Source: Camelus ferus (lineage: Eukaryota). Taken from it: a DNA stretch of 64,000 bases. This document shows, piece by piece, positions 36,401-51,400 of this stretch (positions are counted from its first letter, which is position 1; each line of letters starts with the position of its first letter). The stretch covers positions 102,984,001 through 103,048,000 of the forward strand of contig NC_045696.1 in assembly GCF_009834535.1 (NCBI RefSeq), read 5' to 3'. The notes beneath the pieces are model-generated. The model was given only the letters and a program-made list of their open reading frames with translations. It did no database searches and was not told the DNA's origin. Made by a program: the position numbers and the translations under genes.

Positions 36401-39400
36401 ATTACCCAATGAGATAAAGGTACTATTATTTTTCCATTTTATAGAGGCGAAAACTAAGGCAGAGAGAGGTCAAATTAGGTTACTTGTCCAAGTCACAGCA
36501 CAACTAATAAGTGACAAGGGTGGAATTTAAATACCAGCAGTGTGGCCAGAAAGACTGTGTGCTAAGTCACTGTGCTGTATTTCCCCCCAGGGGTTACATG
36601 AATAATGAGTAGATGACCTTTTAAGACTTTATAGAAAACTTGACTCCCTTTTTTAAGTTTAATTTCAGAATGAAGTCTGATCACTTTTCTTCATTACCTC
36701 TAGCCAGCCCATGGTAGACCTACCAGAAGAGAACAAGATTAGAATCCTTTTCCAATGCCTTTTTTATATCATTAGTAATTCTTGTCACTTGATGTAGAGC
36801 TCATGATTAACTAATGGTACATTAAAATCAGTATACTTATTTCCAAGGTGTCAGCATGGAGAAAAAAGTAAACCTATTTTCTTTTGTTTAAATGTGTCTT
36901 TGGGTTAGAATGAAACAGAAATTGAACTGGGGAGCCTGTTGAGACAAGACTTCCAAGGATTGCATAATGAATTATTGCTGCGTATTGGAGAACACTATCA
37001 GCAGGTTTTCAATGGTTTGTCAATACTTGCCTCATTTGCATCTAGTGATGATCCGTATCAGGGCCCAAGAGATATCACATCACCTGAACTAATGGTAAGG
37101 AATATGTTGTATGGGGGTTTTTTTTCTCCTTTTTTGTAGTTTAATTATGAAATTGGAGAAACAGGTGTTTTATGTGTTTTCCAAATGCTAGAGATGTATT
37201 TAAATTTTAAATTGGGATTTTTTTGTTTTTGAAAAGGCTGATGATTTAAGTTACATGGTCACAGCATACCTGTGTTGGAAAATATGCATTTTCAAATGAT
37301 TTTAGATTTTATTTTTTACACTGAGTAAAACTTAATTTTTCTTCACTACTTCTAAAGTGTAGATTGAAATACATTTCGTTCGAAAGACAGAGGAAAGGGG
37401 ATCTTGAGTGATGAAATATGGTTAGCCTCCTAGGCATGTAACAAGGTAGAAAAGGGCAGAGAATGGATCTGAGGCTGAGAGAGGATGGCAAACAGAGACT
37501 GTCCATCTTCCTCTGTGTCATCTCTACTTGCCTGTCTTTTAAGCATCTCAAACAAGTCCCAACATTACATGTCCGTTAGAAATCTTTATTTTCCCTCCGT
37601 AACCTGCTTCTCCTGTAGTCTTACCTTCTCAGGAAACAGTACGAATATCTACCTAGTTGCTAAAATCAAAACCTAGGAGATATTCATGAGCCCTCCATTT
37701 CCTACATCCTTTATAATTTAGTATCAAAAAGTCCTTTCAAGTCTATCCCCCAAATATATCTTTCCATTTCTGTGTCATACAAGTGACCATCATCTTTCTC
37801 CAGGACAACTATAAAAGCCTCCTAACTGTTCTCCTCTTTTGTTCTTCCTTTTCCTACATCTTTAATCAATTATTTATACAGCATTTGAAGTACTCTTCTT
37901 ACAACTTCTTACAAACTCATATCATTCCCTTGGTTAAATTCCTTCTACAATTTTCATTGCTCTTACAATCTGTAAGGCTATAAGAGATCTGCATACCTTT
38001 CCACCCTCATGTTGTGCAACTCTTATCTTCCTTTCTCCCTGTGTTTCAGCATTGTTTTGTTTGTGTTTCTTAAACATGTCAAGTTTTTTCCTGCATCACA
38101 GCCTTTGCACTAGGTAGTCTTTTTACTTGGAATATTCTACTGGATCTTTCTCATTTTAAAATCTTGGAGTTTCCTGATGACCACATGTAAATTCCCTCAT
38201 CCCAGTTCTTCTATATTATATGAATACTTATTTCTTTATGGCAGTTATTACCTTATTTACATATTTACTAATTTAATGTCTGTGTCTCTTAATATCAGTT
38301 TCCCATGTAAGCTGGTAGGGAGAGAGTGACTTCACTTATCTTGCATTCCTGCCCCTGGCACAGTATTCTAGGCAGATGTACTTAATATTTGGTGAGTGGC
38401 CGATGAATGGACTATGTCTAAATGTAAGAGCTATAAAATTAGAATGTTGACACAGACTATGTGAGTATCATCTATCTCTGCTTTTCATTTAAGAAGCATA
38501 GACTAGAACCATGCAATTAGTGAATTGTGGCTTATTAATCCAAATCAGAAGTCTGTAAGTTAAATGTAATTTTAGGCTTTGGAAAAACAGCTGATTACCT
38601 GTGCTTGGCAAGAGAAAAAAGTTTATCCCAGCATCTAATCTGGAGACTGTGTTGGACACCTAACTTCTTCTCTACTGTGTATTAGTGCACACCATTCTAC
38701 CCTGCACCCCCTCAACCTAGCCGTGTGTGTAAATGAGAGTTACTTAAATCTGGTGTCTCAATGTTAAACAGTGCAACTTTCTTCTGGAATTGGAAAATAC
38801 TTTTAATCGCTACTTCTCCCCAGCCTTCCCCTCACCTTTTTTTGATTCTTATTTCTTACTTATATATAAAGATTTTAAAAGAGGAAAATTCTTCTTTGCA
38901 GAGGATTCACATTCCCAGTTTATAATATTAACTCAAGTTTAACACTTGAATATTCTAAGTGCTTAATGCATGTTATCTTATTTAATCTCTACAACAACTC
39001 TATGCAATTGATGCTTTCATTGTTCCCATCTTATAGACTCAGAGGAGCTAAATAACTTATCCAGCATCACATGCTAGGAAGTGTCAAAATTGGGATCCAA
39101 AGTCAGGTTTGGCTTACTTAAAGCCCATAGCCTCTCCTCTAGGAACCTCTTTCAAGAAAGAATTAACCCTGTCTACTTCAGGAGACCCAAAGTGCCATGG
39201 TCAGTGATACCTCACCTGTAATTGTTGATGCACATGGCTTTTACCTCTTTATTGCTATTACCTCAGGTTATTGACCCCTATTTCAGACTATCATTCTGGC
39301 AGACTGCTTGTTCTTAGTAAGTACTTTTTTTTCCCCCACTGTAGTTCTAAATGCTCTAGACAAGGGTGTTCACTTGTCTTTTTCTGTTCTCTTCTCCTTA

Positions 39401-42400
39401 AGATAAATATCCTCTCCACTCTAGATCCAGACATGAGTCATCCTGAGGATTGCACCATAGCTCAACTCTGGATTTCAAAAGCTTATGATTTAGTCACTGT
39501 ATACAGTACTGTTTAATCATGTTTTATCATGGTGATTGTAAATCAGTTTCACCAATTTTTGAAATATTACATGTGAAAATACATACTTTGGGAGAAACTT
39601 AATTCACAAAGTGTTTATTTCCAATATTCTAATATAGTTAGATAAAATAGAAATGATGTTAAATAAATTGTCAATTTATGAAATTTGATCTGTATAAATG
39701 TTATATAGTACTTTTAATGGTTTTTTTTTTCCCCTTAGGCTGATTATTTGCAACCCAAGTTGTTGGGCATTTTGGCCTTTTTTAACATGCAGTTACTGAG
39801 CTCCAGTGTTGGCATTGAAGATAAGAAAATGGTAGGTAGTGATTGTTGAGTTGCAAAATGCCAGAATAAAATTCATATAGCATATGCAGGAGACATGACT
39901 TCTGCTTCTGGCTGCAAACATTCAAAGATAAAAAATAATCAAACATATGATATATTCTGTATTCCTGAACAACTTGCATAAGCTTTGGAGGAGTCTGAAA
40001 AGAATTACATCTTTTATAGTTCTTTTGTTTATAAGGGACAGAAAACACATCCAGACTGGCTTAGAGGAATTGTTTGGCTCTGTAACTAGAAGCATAAGGA
40101 TAATAAGCTTTGGGCATAACTTGATTTTGGACACAGTGTTCTCAGAATTAATCTCTTAGCTCAAATTCCCTTGGATTGGCAGCCCGAATAGCTTTAGGCT
40201 CACATCACCACAACATCTAGCTCAGTGGGAAAAAGAGACCAGCAATCCTTGATAGCTCAAAAAGAAGTTGTGTTATTGAATTCATTGGTCCAAAGTGGTC
40301 TGATGTGAGTCATGGCCATTGTATTTTTGAATGCCAAGAATGGTAGGTTACAGAAAGTATAGTAACTTCAGTATTTGTCAGTTTATGTTTGAATGCATTT
40401 GGCACAATGAAGTTTCATTATGTTTGCTGTCACAGTTAGTTACCATTGGAAATTTTTGGCGATTGGGATAGAATTTTTTTTTACTTAAATAATATATTTA
40501 TTTAACCACATACATCCCGAATATTATCTCAACACATAATCAGTATAAAAATGATCAGTGATGTTTGCATTCTTTCTTCGACATCTGGTGTGTATTTTAC
40601 ATTTAGAACACATTTAACTTGCACTCCCCACATTTCAAGCACCCAGTTGCCACATGCCAGTTAGGGGCTACCATACGGATCAGTGCAGCAGTGGCGGTTT
40701 TTCAAAGCCAAGAGCCTAGACCCACTTGGACAGTATAGACAAAGCACTTCCTTCAGAACTGGGATAAAATTTCAGATACTGATTAAATTTATATTTTTAC
40801 TGCTTTCCACTCTGTAGTCAGTAAACTTATAGTAAAGCTTCCAGGAAATGGAAGCTTTTATTTCGGTCTGTACTCCCCTTTTCTTAAGAACCTCAAGGAA
40901 ACAAGAAAGATAGGATACAGTATTAATCGCTAAAGATTTCATCAACAAATACTTGGTTTTTTTGGTGAATTTAATCCCCCAAACAACTTCTATGTACATG
41001 AAAAATCTTTCTTATTATCTCAAGTGAGAGAATAACCTCAAATCTAAGAAAACTAGGGTTTTAGACCAGAAAGAGCTTGCATGTTTTGGCACATAGTTAA
41101 GGTTGACTAGAGTTCCTTCACCCCTTCATTAAAATCTAGAGCTGTTGATAAAAGTCTGATTCTGTGTTCCACACCAATAAAATATGTATATTGTTTTCTG
41201 AGTATGTCACCAGTTAGCATTTTTGTTTTATTAAGTTAGAACATGTTGAATTTAGCACCATTAGGACAGAAATACATGTGCTACATAGCAGTTTGGGATG
41301 GTTATGAAGAAGACTAAACAATAGATACTATATTCTTAGTAAGTTTTAAAATTACTGCTTAAGAGGACTACTAGGATCAAAATAACAAATCACTTTAAAG
41401 GAAAAAGCAGAATTCAACTTGTATTTTTCAAGTCTATAATTCTTATGTAAGCAGTTGGACAAAATGAACTGACTACCATTTATTAGACCTTGTGTTGCCA
41501 GAGAGTAAATGCTACTCTGAGATTAGGGTGGGAAGCACTTGTCCTTGGGGCTCATCTGCTCCTGCCAGCTTGTTTCCAGGCTTTATTTTAAAGCCATACA
41601 TGCTTTACAGGCTTTGAACAGTTTGATGTCTTTGATGAAATTGATGGGACCCAAACATGTCAGTTCTGTGAGGGTGAAAATGATGACCACGCTGAGAACT
41701 GGCCTTCGATTCAAGGATGATTTTCCTGAATTGTGTTGCAGGTAAATGACTACCAGAGTTCATTAGACATTTTGCATTTCCCAATAGCTAGCACTGCCTT
41801 GAATTCTTAGCTTTTTGAGGGAAATTGTTTTCAAACCAGAAATAATTAAGATGGAAAGTCTGTGTATTGAAAAGGGAATGTGTTGACTTCTTTAAAAACA
41901 TTTTGGTGTGAAATCTTTTAATATACTGGGAAATAGAGAAAATAATAGAATGAACCCCTACATACCCAATTCCCAACCTCAGTAGTTATCAGCATTGTTA
42001 ATCTTATTTTATTTAAGCTTTCCAGTGCTACGTTTTTATTGTTACTTGGAATATTTTAAAGAAAACTCCAGTATCACATCATTGTGCTTGTAAATACCTC
42101 AGATGTATCTAATGGATAAAGGGCACTGAAAAAAATATATAACTATCATGAATTATTTTGCTTAGCAGAGTTAATAGGAATTCCTAAATAACATCTAAAA
42201 TTCAGATTTCCCCAGTTGTCTCAAAGATGTTTTTCACAAAGATGTTGGTTTGTTTGAATTAGAATCCAGATAAGGTACACATGTTGCACATTTGGTTGTT
42301 TGGTCCCCTAAGCAACTCTAATAAATAGATTCAGCCCTTAAGTCCCTTCCCCACACTTCTTTCAGACCTTTGAGATTTTGGCATGTATGATTTGACTGAC

Positions 42401-45400
42401 TGATAATTTAATTTAATTTCACTATTACTGCTATCAGTAAGACTACTGAATGCAGTTTAAGCTTCTTGAAGGTTCTTTTTGTTCTTGACGATATTTTATT
42501 GGAGATGTATAGTCAGAATAATATGTTTAAAGTCATGTGAAGTTATTCTTTTCTGTGTGCATGCGCCATCAGCTTGATATTGCTAGGTTCAGTTATTTTA
42601 GTTTGTTTAAAATTTTTAGAGGTGGCTTTTTCTTTTTCTTTTATTTTATTTAAAAATCATATAAAATATTGACATCATCCCAAGTTCAAATATGTGTAAC
42701 AGGTTACACTCACAGAATCTAGCCTTCATTCCTGAATTCCTACAAATAGCTGTATCTATTTTCATTAATTTTTGTATAATTCCTCCCTATATAAAGTATA
42801 AGCAAATACACACACACTTCTAGATACTTTTTTTTTATATTAACCCTGCCCCAAAAGGCAACATATTATAAGGGCTGTTTTTCACTTTACTCTGTGTGTG
42901 TGTGTGTGTGTTTTGTCTTTTTTTAATTTTCTTTTTGTTTTTACTTTACCCTGCTTTTTTTTGACTTACAGAAATCACTCTTTGTGAGTATACAGCATTG
43001 ATTTTTATTCCAGTTTTACAACTGTCTTGTAATCTTATTGTTTGTGTGTATCATTGTTTGTTCAGCTAGTAACTAACTAGTAGAGCTTTACAAATAATAA
43101 AAATAATGTGACTTTTAACTTTTATTTGTTTTTTCACATAGAGCGTGGGACTGCTTTGTCCGTTGCCTGGATCACGCTTATCTAGGCTCTCTTCTCAGTC
43201 ACGTAATAGTAGCTTTGTTACCTCTCATACACATCCAGCCTAAAGAAACTGCAGCTATATTTCACTACCTCATAATTGAAAACAGGTATTGTAAATAAAA
43301 TTAATAAAGGTAGCAACTTTTTATTACTGTATTTTTATGTCTCAAGGTGTTAGGATTACTGTTGGTAATGTGGGGCTGTTACATTCTTTTTAGAGTCCTT
43401 CAGTAAACAAAAATAAATGACATGCTTTAAGTCAATACATATCAAACTGATGCTCTTTCAGTCGTGACATGGCCTTTATTATAATTATATCTTAAACTTA
43501 GTAATTCAGTAACTCAAAATTGTTTTTTAATCAATTTTAAAAGAGATGAGGCCAAATTTACCTTTCTTCTTACAGTTGAAAAAGACAGTTGAATAGCATG
43601 AGAAAAGTTAGGAGGGCTAATCACTTACTTTCTACAGCTCACCTTAGTTAATATCCTTGTTACTTCATTGTGTTAACTTTTTAACCAACCTCCCTTCCTT
43701 CAAGCTTTTATTGCATTTCTTCATATTGTTCGTATTTTAAAGCATCTCTTTGTCTGAAACATTCCAGCATACAGAAACATCCTGTGGTTCTCTATTTCCT
43801 AACTGATAAATTCCAAATTGTTTATCTTGATAGTCAAGGCTTTCCAAAATCTGGCCACATTTTATTTCTTAAAATCCTTTCCTAAAACAGATCCTATGTT
43901 GCAGCCAATCCAGACTGCTAATACAAGAATATACATTACACCTTTTCATTTTTATTTTTCACTCAGGCTGCTTTCTAGCCTGGAATGTTTTTCTATACAT
44001 TTGCTTTTTTTCCCCATTTTTGTACATACTATTGTATATCATAGTTTCTTTGCTTCTGAAAAATTAGAATTTACGTACAATTTATTTACTTACTTACCCA
44101 TATACTATTGCTATTCCCATTGATCAGTTTCAATAACTGTCCAGTCAGGGAGAAAGTACAGAAGAAAAGGTTAATGGAGTTTTTTCCAATTAAAATACTT
44201 TTATTTTTGATATTTTGTACATGATGAAATAATATAATCACTGATCTAATTCACTTTTCAAATACTTTTTGGATTATTATATTATATTAATATATCTTTG
44301 CTGTCTATTATAGAGGAATCATTTTTCTGCCTTCTTCATATAATAAAGAAATTCTCTTTCATTCTTTTAAATAGAAGATCCTAAGCTCTCTGAGTGAAGG
44401 AGTTATTTTAGCTTTCTTTATTGTTACATCTCCAATGTCTAGCAAATAGTAGCACATAGTAGTTACTTAATACATATTTGTTGCATGAGTTAATGAAAAC
44501 TGGAATTTAGAAACACTTTTATTTGGACCAAAAAAAATTAAGAGTATTACATTGAAGCAAATTTAAAATTGTAGCCTCAATAAGAATCATTTATGTATTT
44601 TTCTCTAACATTCTTTGTGAGAATTTGTGTTTTGGGGTTGGATTTGGCTATCTGTTGCTTTTTTACGCACTCATAATTTTGCAATCTGGGCTGGGTTCAG
44701 CTTTCTTTGACTGTTCTTACCAGGGGTCATTGCGGTCAGCCATCAGGTAGACTTGGCTGGACTTCTCATTCTTTCCATATCGTCTCAGAGCTTCTTTCTC
44801 TCTCTCCATGTAGTCTGTCCATGTTGGTGGCCAGACTTACATGGTGACTCAGGACTCTCGTGAGTATAAAACAGAAGCTGCCAGACCTTTTTAACACTTA
44901 GGCCTCAAATAAGCCCAACATCTCTTCTCCCATATTCTATTTTTAAAGTACATCACACACCTAGCCCACATTGAAGAGGAAGTGACCATACATAGGCGTG
45001 TATTCCAAGAAGTAGAGTTTATTTAGGGCCACCAGTGTAGCACACTGCTGTTTCTTAGATTTGATTATTTGTCACTATTAACTGAGCATCCTAGACATGG
45101 TTAGGAAGATTACTTTGCATGTCGATAATCAACTAGCAGTTTTAAATGTGAATTAAGTTGGCCTTAATTTCATCCTCTGCTTTGTACTTTTTTAATGTTC
45201 ATATTCTTCAAATAATTCTTTTTCTTCCAACTATTAGGGATGCTGTGCAAGATTTTCTTCATGAAATATATTTTTTACCTGATCATCCAGAATTAAAAAA
45301 GATAAAAGCAGTTCTACAGGAATACAGAAAGGTATTTAACTTCTTATATATGGTTTAGATGATTGATACAAAATTGTTCCCAAGTTCTAATACACTGAGT

Positions 45401-48400
45401 AGAGATTCTTTAAAATCATGTCTAGAGATTTCATAGTCACATTCTGATGGCTAGTTCCTGATGATAAGCCTATCATGAATCCGAGACTTTTAGAAGGAAG
45501 TTTTAGCATCTAGATCAAAGATGAAATAGTATTAGATAGAACAGAGAGCAAAGAATACAGTTCTTGTGACTTTGCTACACAGATCAATATGTTCTTACTT
45601 ACCATCCCCAAAAGAAGTGACCATAGCTACATACCATGAGTGAAGGCCAGAAAAAAAAAAAAAAAAAAAAAGCTGTGGGAGGATTCTAATTATTTTATAC
45701 TACAAACCATGGTATGGAAATGTCAGGTCTGACTCATTCTGAGCTTTAGAAGGGGAGTAATCTGTTATTTACATGATCCTGAATTTCAGTGAACTCTCTG
45801 AAATTACAAAAGTAGCGGTGATTCCATAGAATTTTAGGGCAGAAAGTGGGATACCTGACCTTTGGTCAGAGTAGTAGATGTATTTACCAAATAGATCCCA
45901 AGACTGGTTCTGAAGACTTTATTTCCTTTTTTACTGGATAAATCATCAGTCATAAGAAAGTAAGTAGTCCAAATAAGGAGTGAATTATCTGCATAATCTG
46001 TAGACCTCATTTAAGGCTATTATGTAGTCCTTTCTTTGTAAGTTAAGGATTTATTTTGAGTAAGTAAATTCTTACTTAGTTGGGATAAAAGTTTTCTCCA
46101 TCACTAAAGATTTTAGAATGAAATCCCTTTCCTTGAGAATTATTAAAAGTTCATACACTATACAAGGAAGACATGGAAATTATTTTTTAAAACTGCTTTC
46201 AATTGGGGTACAGTTTAACTACTTTAATAGTAACTATGTAGAGAATCCAGGCCTTCTGAAATGGTTCTTAAAGTGGTTAATTGATCAGGTGTATCTCTCT
46301 GTGCTCTTTATATAGGAGACCTCTGAGAGTACGGATCTTCAGACAACTCTTCAGCTATCCATGAAAGCAATTCAACATGAAAATGTAGATGTTCGTATTC
46401 ATGCTCTTACGAGTTTGAAGGAAACCTTGTATAAAAATCAGGTATATTTTACAATATAATTTTAAAGCTATGGAAAAGAAAGGTGGGAAGTTTAAGGAAA
46501 AGATGAGAGATTGGCATATTTGTTTGAGATTCAGTAGGTTCAATGAAAGAATTGATTTTCATTTTACCGAGATTTCAGATCTGACTTAGAATCAGTAATT
46601 CATGAGATGCCCTTTGAGGCTGAAGAGGTTTGCGTATTTTTTTTGTTGTTGTTTTTGAAGAGTCATGATTTGACAGTTATATTTTTGGTTACTGCATCTT
46701 CCTGCGGAAAGGTGTATTTGTTTGTACTGTAGCCATTCATATGAGTCTTCTCATATAATTTCCTATAGATATCTTTCATGTAAAATTTCAGTAGTTGTAT
46801 CATTTTACATTTGGACAAAATTAACTCTGTTAGTTAATCAAGCTCAATTTTCAAGTTTTCTTTTTTATGGGGTCAGTGAACTTTATTCTTTTTTTTGTTA
46901 ACATAATGTAGATTATCCCTAACCTTGATGACAGTGAGAACTGTTATTTAAAATACCAGATCACTATAAGTCTATAAAATGGAAACATTTTGAGTGAAAT
47001 ACTCATTTTTGTGTATCAAGAGCTCATATAATAAGATGTGAGAGCCTGAGACCCTTAGGATTTAGTGGATTGCAAAACTGAGTTGTATTTGTTTTCATGA
47101 TGGAAAGAAGCATTTGCTTCTAGGACAGTAGATGTAATGGTGGCAACAAGTACACGTTTCTGGGTCATTGAGCTTATATAACCAACATGGGTAGCAGCCA
47201 AGGTGGAGGGGATCCTTCCACATGTGAGGAACCTTGAATCTCCTCGAGTGTAGGTTTTATGCCCTCCTAACTGTGGATCTACGTTATCAGTGTTACAACC
47301 TCATTCTCTGCCCTACACTACACTGAAACTGCCCTGGGCTTTCCCTTATTCCAACCTCTACCAGGATTCCAGATAACTTAAAGGGCCTCTAGCTTTTTAA
47401 TGTAATATAAGGATTTACGAATAGCAAAGGATCTCTCCTCTTGGCATAGAGATTTTCTAGCTTAGGTTATTTCCAAGCAAATGACATGGTCATGGTTTAA
47501 CACAAGAAAACTTCATATTAATCATCACATCTTAGATGTAAATGACTAAATCTGAGAACTCAAGGAGATTTCTTATACTCTTAGGAAAGAGCCAAGCTGC
47601 CCCACTGACAGAGTTAAAAAGCCTTTCTAAATAGTTGCATTGAACACATTCTTATTTGAAAACTTCTTTTGGAATTGAATATTTCTAGTTGAAAAATGAA
47701 ACCCAGTTTATCTAACCTAGAAGTAAAGTGAAAACTTTTTTAAGCACTTAGGAGATAAGTATATTTTAAAATTACCTTTCATGTAGTGTTTTTCATAATA
47801 TGTATAGTCTTGAGTGTGAACTGCATTTATCTTTGCCAACTAAAGTGTCCTTTTCCTTGTTCTCTAATTTTAGCAAGGGAATAATGTCTGTAATTATATT
47901 AGTTATGCTGTTTATTGATTACTAGTTCATCCATTTTAGGTATTTATGCTTGAATTAACCTGAATGTTATTTAAGTAAGCTAATACTGAAGATTCTGGGT
48001 GAGATAAAAATGTCTTTTTTTTTTTTTTTTTTTTTTTGGAAATGTATTACTCTAATTTGGGTCATTGTTTTAACATTCAGTTTGAGATGCTCGTATATAC
48101 TTTACTTTTGCTAGAAGGAAAATTATGTAAATGAAGTAGTTATAAAATAGTTACACGGGTACAATATCTAAATCTTAACTGGCTTGAGAATAGTCTCTCC
48201 TCACCGAACAGTTTTTCATTATAGCATCCTCAGGAGATAGATGGGAAAAAAAACTACTTGAACCAACATATTTTTTCATAAAGGCTACCTCTTTCTTTGT
48301 ACCTCTTTTTTTTTTAAATCATCCCCAGGGAACTCATTTCCCATATCTTTTTCTCCCGTATTAGTTTTTTATATACTTTTCAATTTTCTTATTTTAACTA

Positions 48401-51400
48401 ATGGCTCTTCTTCCTTCTTAACTTATGTACTGACATATCTGTCTGTTATCCTTGAAAAGTTACTGAGTTCTTTTTCATCTTCATTGTTCCTTTACTTTGT
48501 ATGTATTTGTTATTGTACATATTATATATTTTAATTATTTGTTTGCATGTTTATTTTCCCTTTAGACTGAGAGCTCATTGGAATAAGACTGTCTTATTTT
48601 CATACACTGATATAATAAAATAATGTTTGGTTAACTATTTAATGAATTAATGAATAAAAAACACTTAATGATTCTAATCCTGCAGAACATATTGTGCACT
48701 ATATTATGTGAACTCAACAAAAACTAAGTGAAAAGACTGCAGATATAGGAATTTAATTTTATCAGTATTTACATAAGATATTCCTTAATATTTTTAAGCT
48801 TTCTTGTTAGAAAAATATACTAGTTTGTAGAAGTTGTGTGTAAATGTTCTCTTTACTTTTATTTTAGGAAAAACTGATAAAATATGCAACAGACAGTGAA
48901 ACAGTGGAACCTGTTATCTCACAGTTGGTGACAGTGCTTTTGAAAGGTTGCCAAGATGCAAACTCTCAAGCTCGGTTGCTCTGTGGGGAATGTTTAGGGG
49001 AATTGGGGGCAATAGATCCAGGTCGACTAGATTTCTCAACAACTGAAACCCAAGGAAAAGATTTTACATTTGTGGTAAGTTCTGGTAATTTGCAATAGCA
49101 GGAAGAGTTCTCTGTCCTAGTAGGGTTTCTGTATTCCATTTACAAAGAACTATTCAGGTTATCCTTAGTGGCAACTTGATCTAAACTAGATAATTTAGGT
49201 AACTTCTGAGTTTATTCTTTAATACTATTGCAGAGACCTTTAGCCAAAAACTATAAAGTTGGAGCCCAGTCTAGTGGGCTGTGTTCTTTTAAATAAGTTT
49301 TCTAACCTAACCTTGACAAATATTTAAAACCTAATTAATTATTTAAATATTATGATTTAAACACAATTGCTAAGTGTCTCGATGGGAAACTAATTTCCCA
49401 GGGTGTTTTAATAGAGTGTGTATAAAAATGTTTTCATGGTCAAGTGAGTAGATTAGGGAAATCTTGTAAAACAAAATTAGACAGAACTTTTAATATATTG
49501 GTGTACTTTGTGAATCTCCAAGGTGAGGTTATGTTGAAATTATTTTTTGAAGTTTCTCAAGTGACCAAGGTTTTACAGAATGAAATTAAGAAATGCTGTA
49601 TATATAATTTTCTTTCTAATTATTAAAATATGCAAATTGTTGGAGCTATATAAAAGTTAAACACTTTTTCTAAGTTAAATTGATTGGGGCAACTAAGTTA
49701 AATTCACCAGGGAATAATACATGATACAGTTTAAGAAATATATACCAATTAACTGTAATTTTTTCTTGTTTTTATTGAGACTGGAGTCGAAGATTCAAAC
49801 TTTGCATATGGATTATTGATGGAACTAACAAGAGCTTACCTTGCATATGCAGATAACAGCCGAGCTCAAGATTCAGCTGCTTATGCCATTCAGGTAAGAG
49901 TGAATATAGACATTACTGGCTTTACATTATTAAATTCTACTAAGAAAGTTGTAAATTCTATGCTTTGGAAACTCTTATTTTTTTAACTATCATTTTTATT
50001 GTCAAAGTAATACAAATTCCTGGCAAAAATTTCAGAGTGCTGAAATATACCCTCCTAGTAGATTATTATAAGTACTTTGAACATTTTTCTATGTATATAC
50101 AAATAAATACATGTTTTCTCCACAAGGAGAACATATTACATGATTTTTTTTTGTGTTTAATAATCTATCTTGTGTAATTTTCCGCATCACTACATATATC
50201 TCTAGTTGCTTCTTTTCAGTGACTTAATATTCAATATGAATTTACCATAATTTTTTTAAGAAATTTATTTAATACAATGAGGTTGTGTTCATGTTTTGCT
50301 TTTAAAAAAATGTTTCAGAAAGCATACTTATAATTTCTGAGTACTTGAGTGAATATATCCACGACATAAATATCTAGAAATTAAAATATGTCTCAGAGCA
50401 AATACAGAGTTTATATTTGATAGGTTTTATCAAAAAAGTTTATACTCCCTTGATTGACAAATCTGCCTTTTAAAATTTCAAATCTTTGCTGATGTGGCAG
50501 ATGAAAAATTGTATTGTTTCATTTTAATTTTCATTCAATTATGAGCGAGGTATAACATCTTTTATGTATTTATTGCTTTTTTGTGTATTTTCTCTGGATT
50601 GTCTTTTTTCCCATTCTCCCTTTGGTGTTGGTCTATTTTTTTTTTTAATTGACTTTGAAGACCTATTTGGATGTAGTGGAAATTAACACTTTGTCTACCA
50701 TACAAGTAATGAATATTTTTAGTTTGGCTTTCTTTGCCCTTTTCATGGTATTTTTTTCAATTAAAGGGTCCTTGTTTTGTTAGATATTCAAGTCTGAAAT
50801 TCATGGTCTGGGTCAAAGATACACATTTGGAGGTGTGCACAGTAGAGATGGTATTTGAAACTGTGATTTCTGGATGAGATGATCAAGAGAGGGAATACGT
50901 GTAGGTAAAAAGATTCTGGTAATCTTATAACCTGGACAATGAGAGAGGTCAGTGAGAAGAGGGAAGAAAACTGAGAAAGAGCTACCAGTAAGGTAGGAGA
51001 ATGTGTGTTCTGGAAGACAGCGAAGTGTTTCAGGAAGTATGGAGTGATCTAAATGCTGATCATAGGCGTAATAATTTAAAGGTTGAGAATTGACCATTGG
51101 CTATAGTAACATGAAGGTCATTAGTGACCTTGACAAGAGTAGTTTCAGTGGAGTTTAGAAAGCCTTATAAGCATATTTTTAAGAACATATGGGAAGAGAG
51201 GATTAGAGAAATTACAGAAACTCTTTTGAGGACTGTTGCTATCAAGGAGAGCAGAAGAATGACATAGTAGCTGTGGAGGAAAGAGGAATAAATATGGAAA
51301 AATAACAGTGTGCTTTTATGTTGCTTGGGAACAGTTCAGTGAGAGGAGAATAGTGATAATGTAGAAGAGAATTGATGTAATACTATTTTAAGTAGGTAAA

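Noticed and set aside
37407..37471. GTGATGA...CTGA spacing suggestive of a box C/D snoRNA
   Set aside because: No convincing terminal stem or rRNA guide that I could identify. The reverse complement resembles an ERVL LTR fragment.
46313..46318. TAGGAG tandem acceptors at exons 21 and 24
   Set aside because: A distal GAG is rarely used against a proximal TAG; this is a common coincidence.
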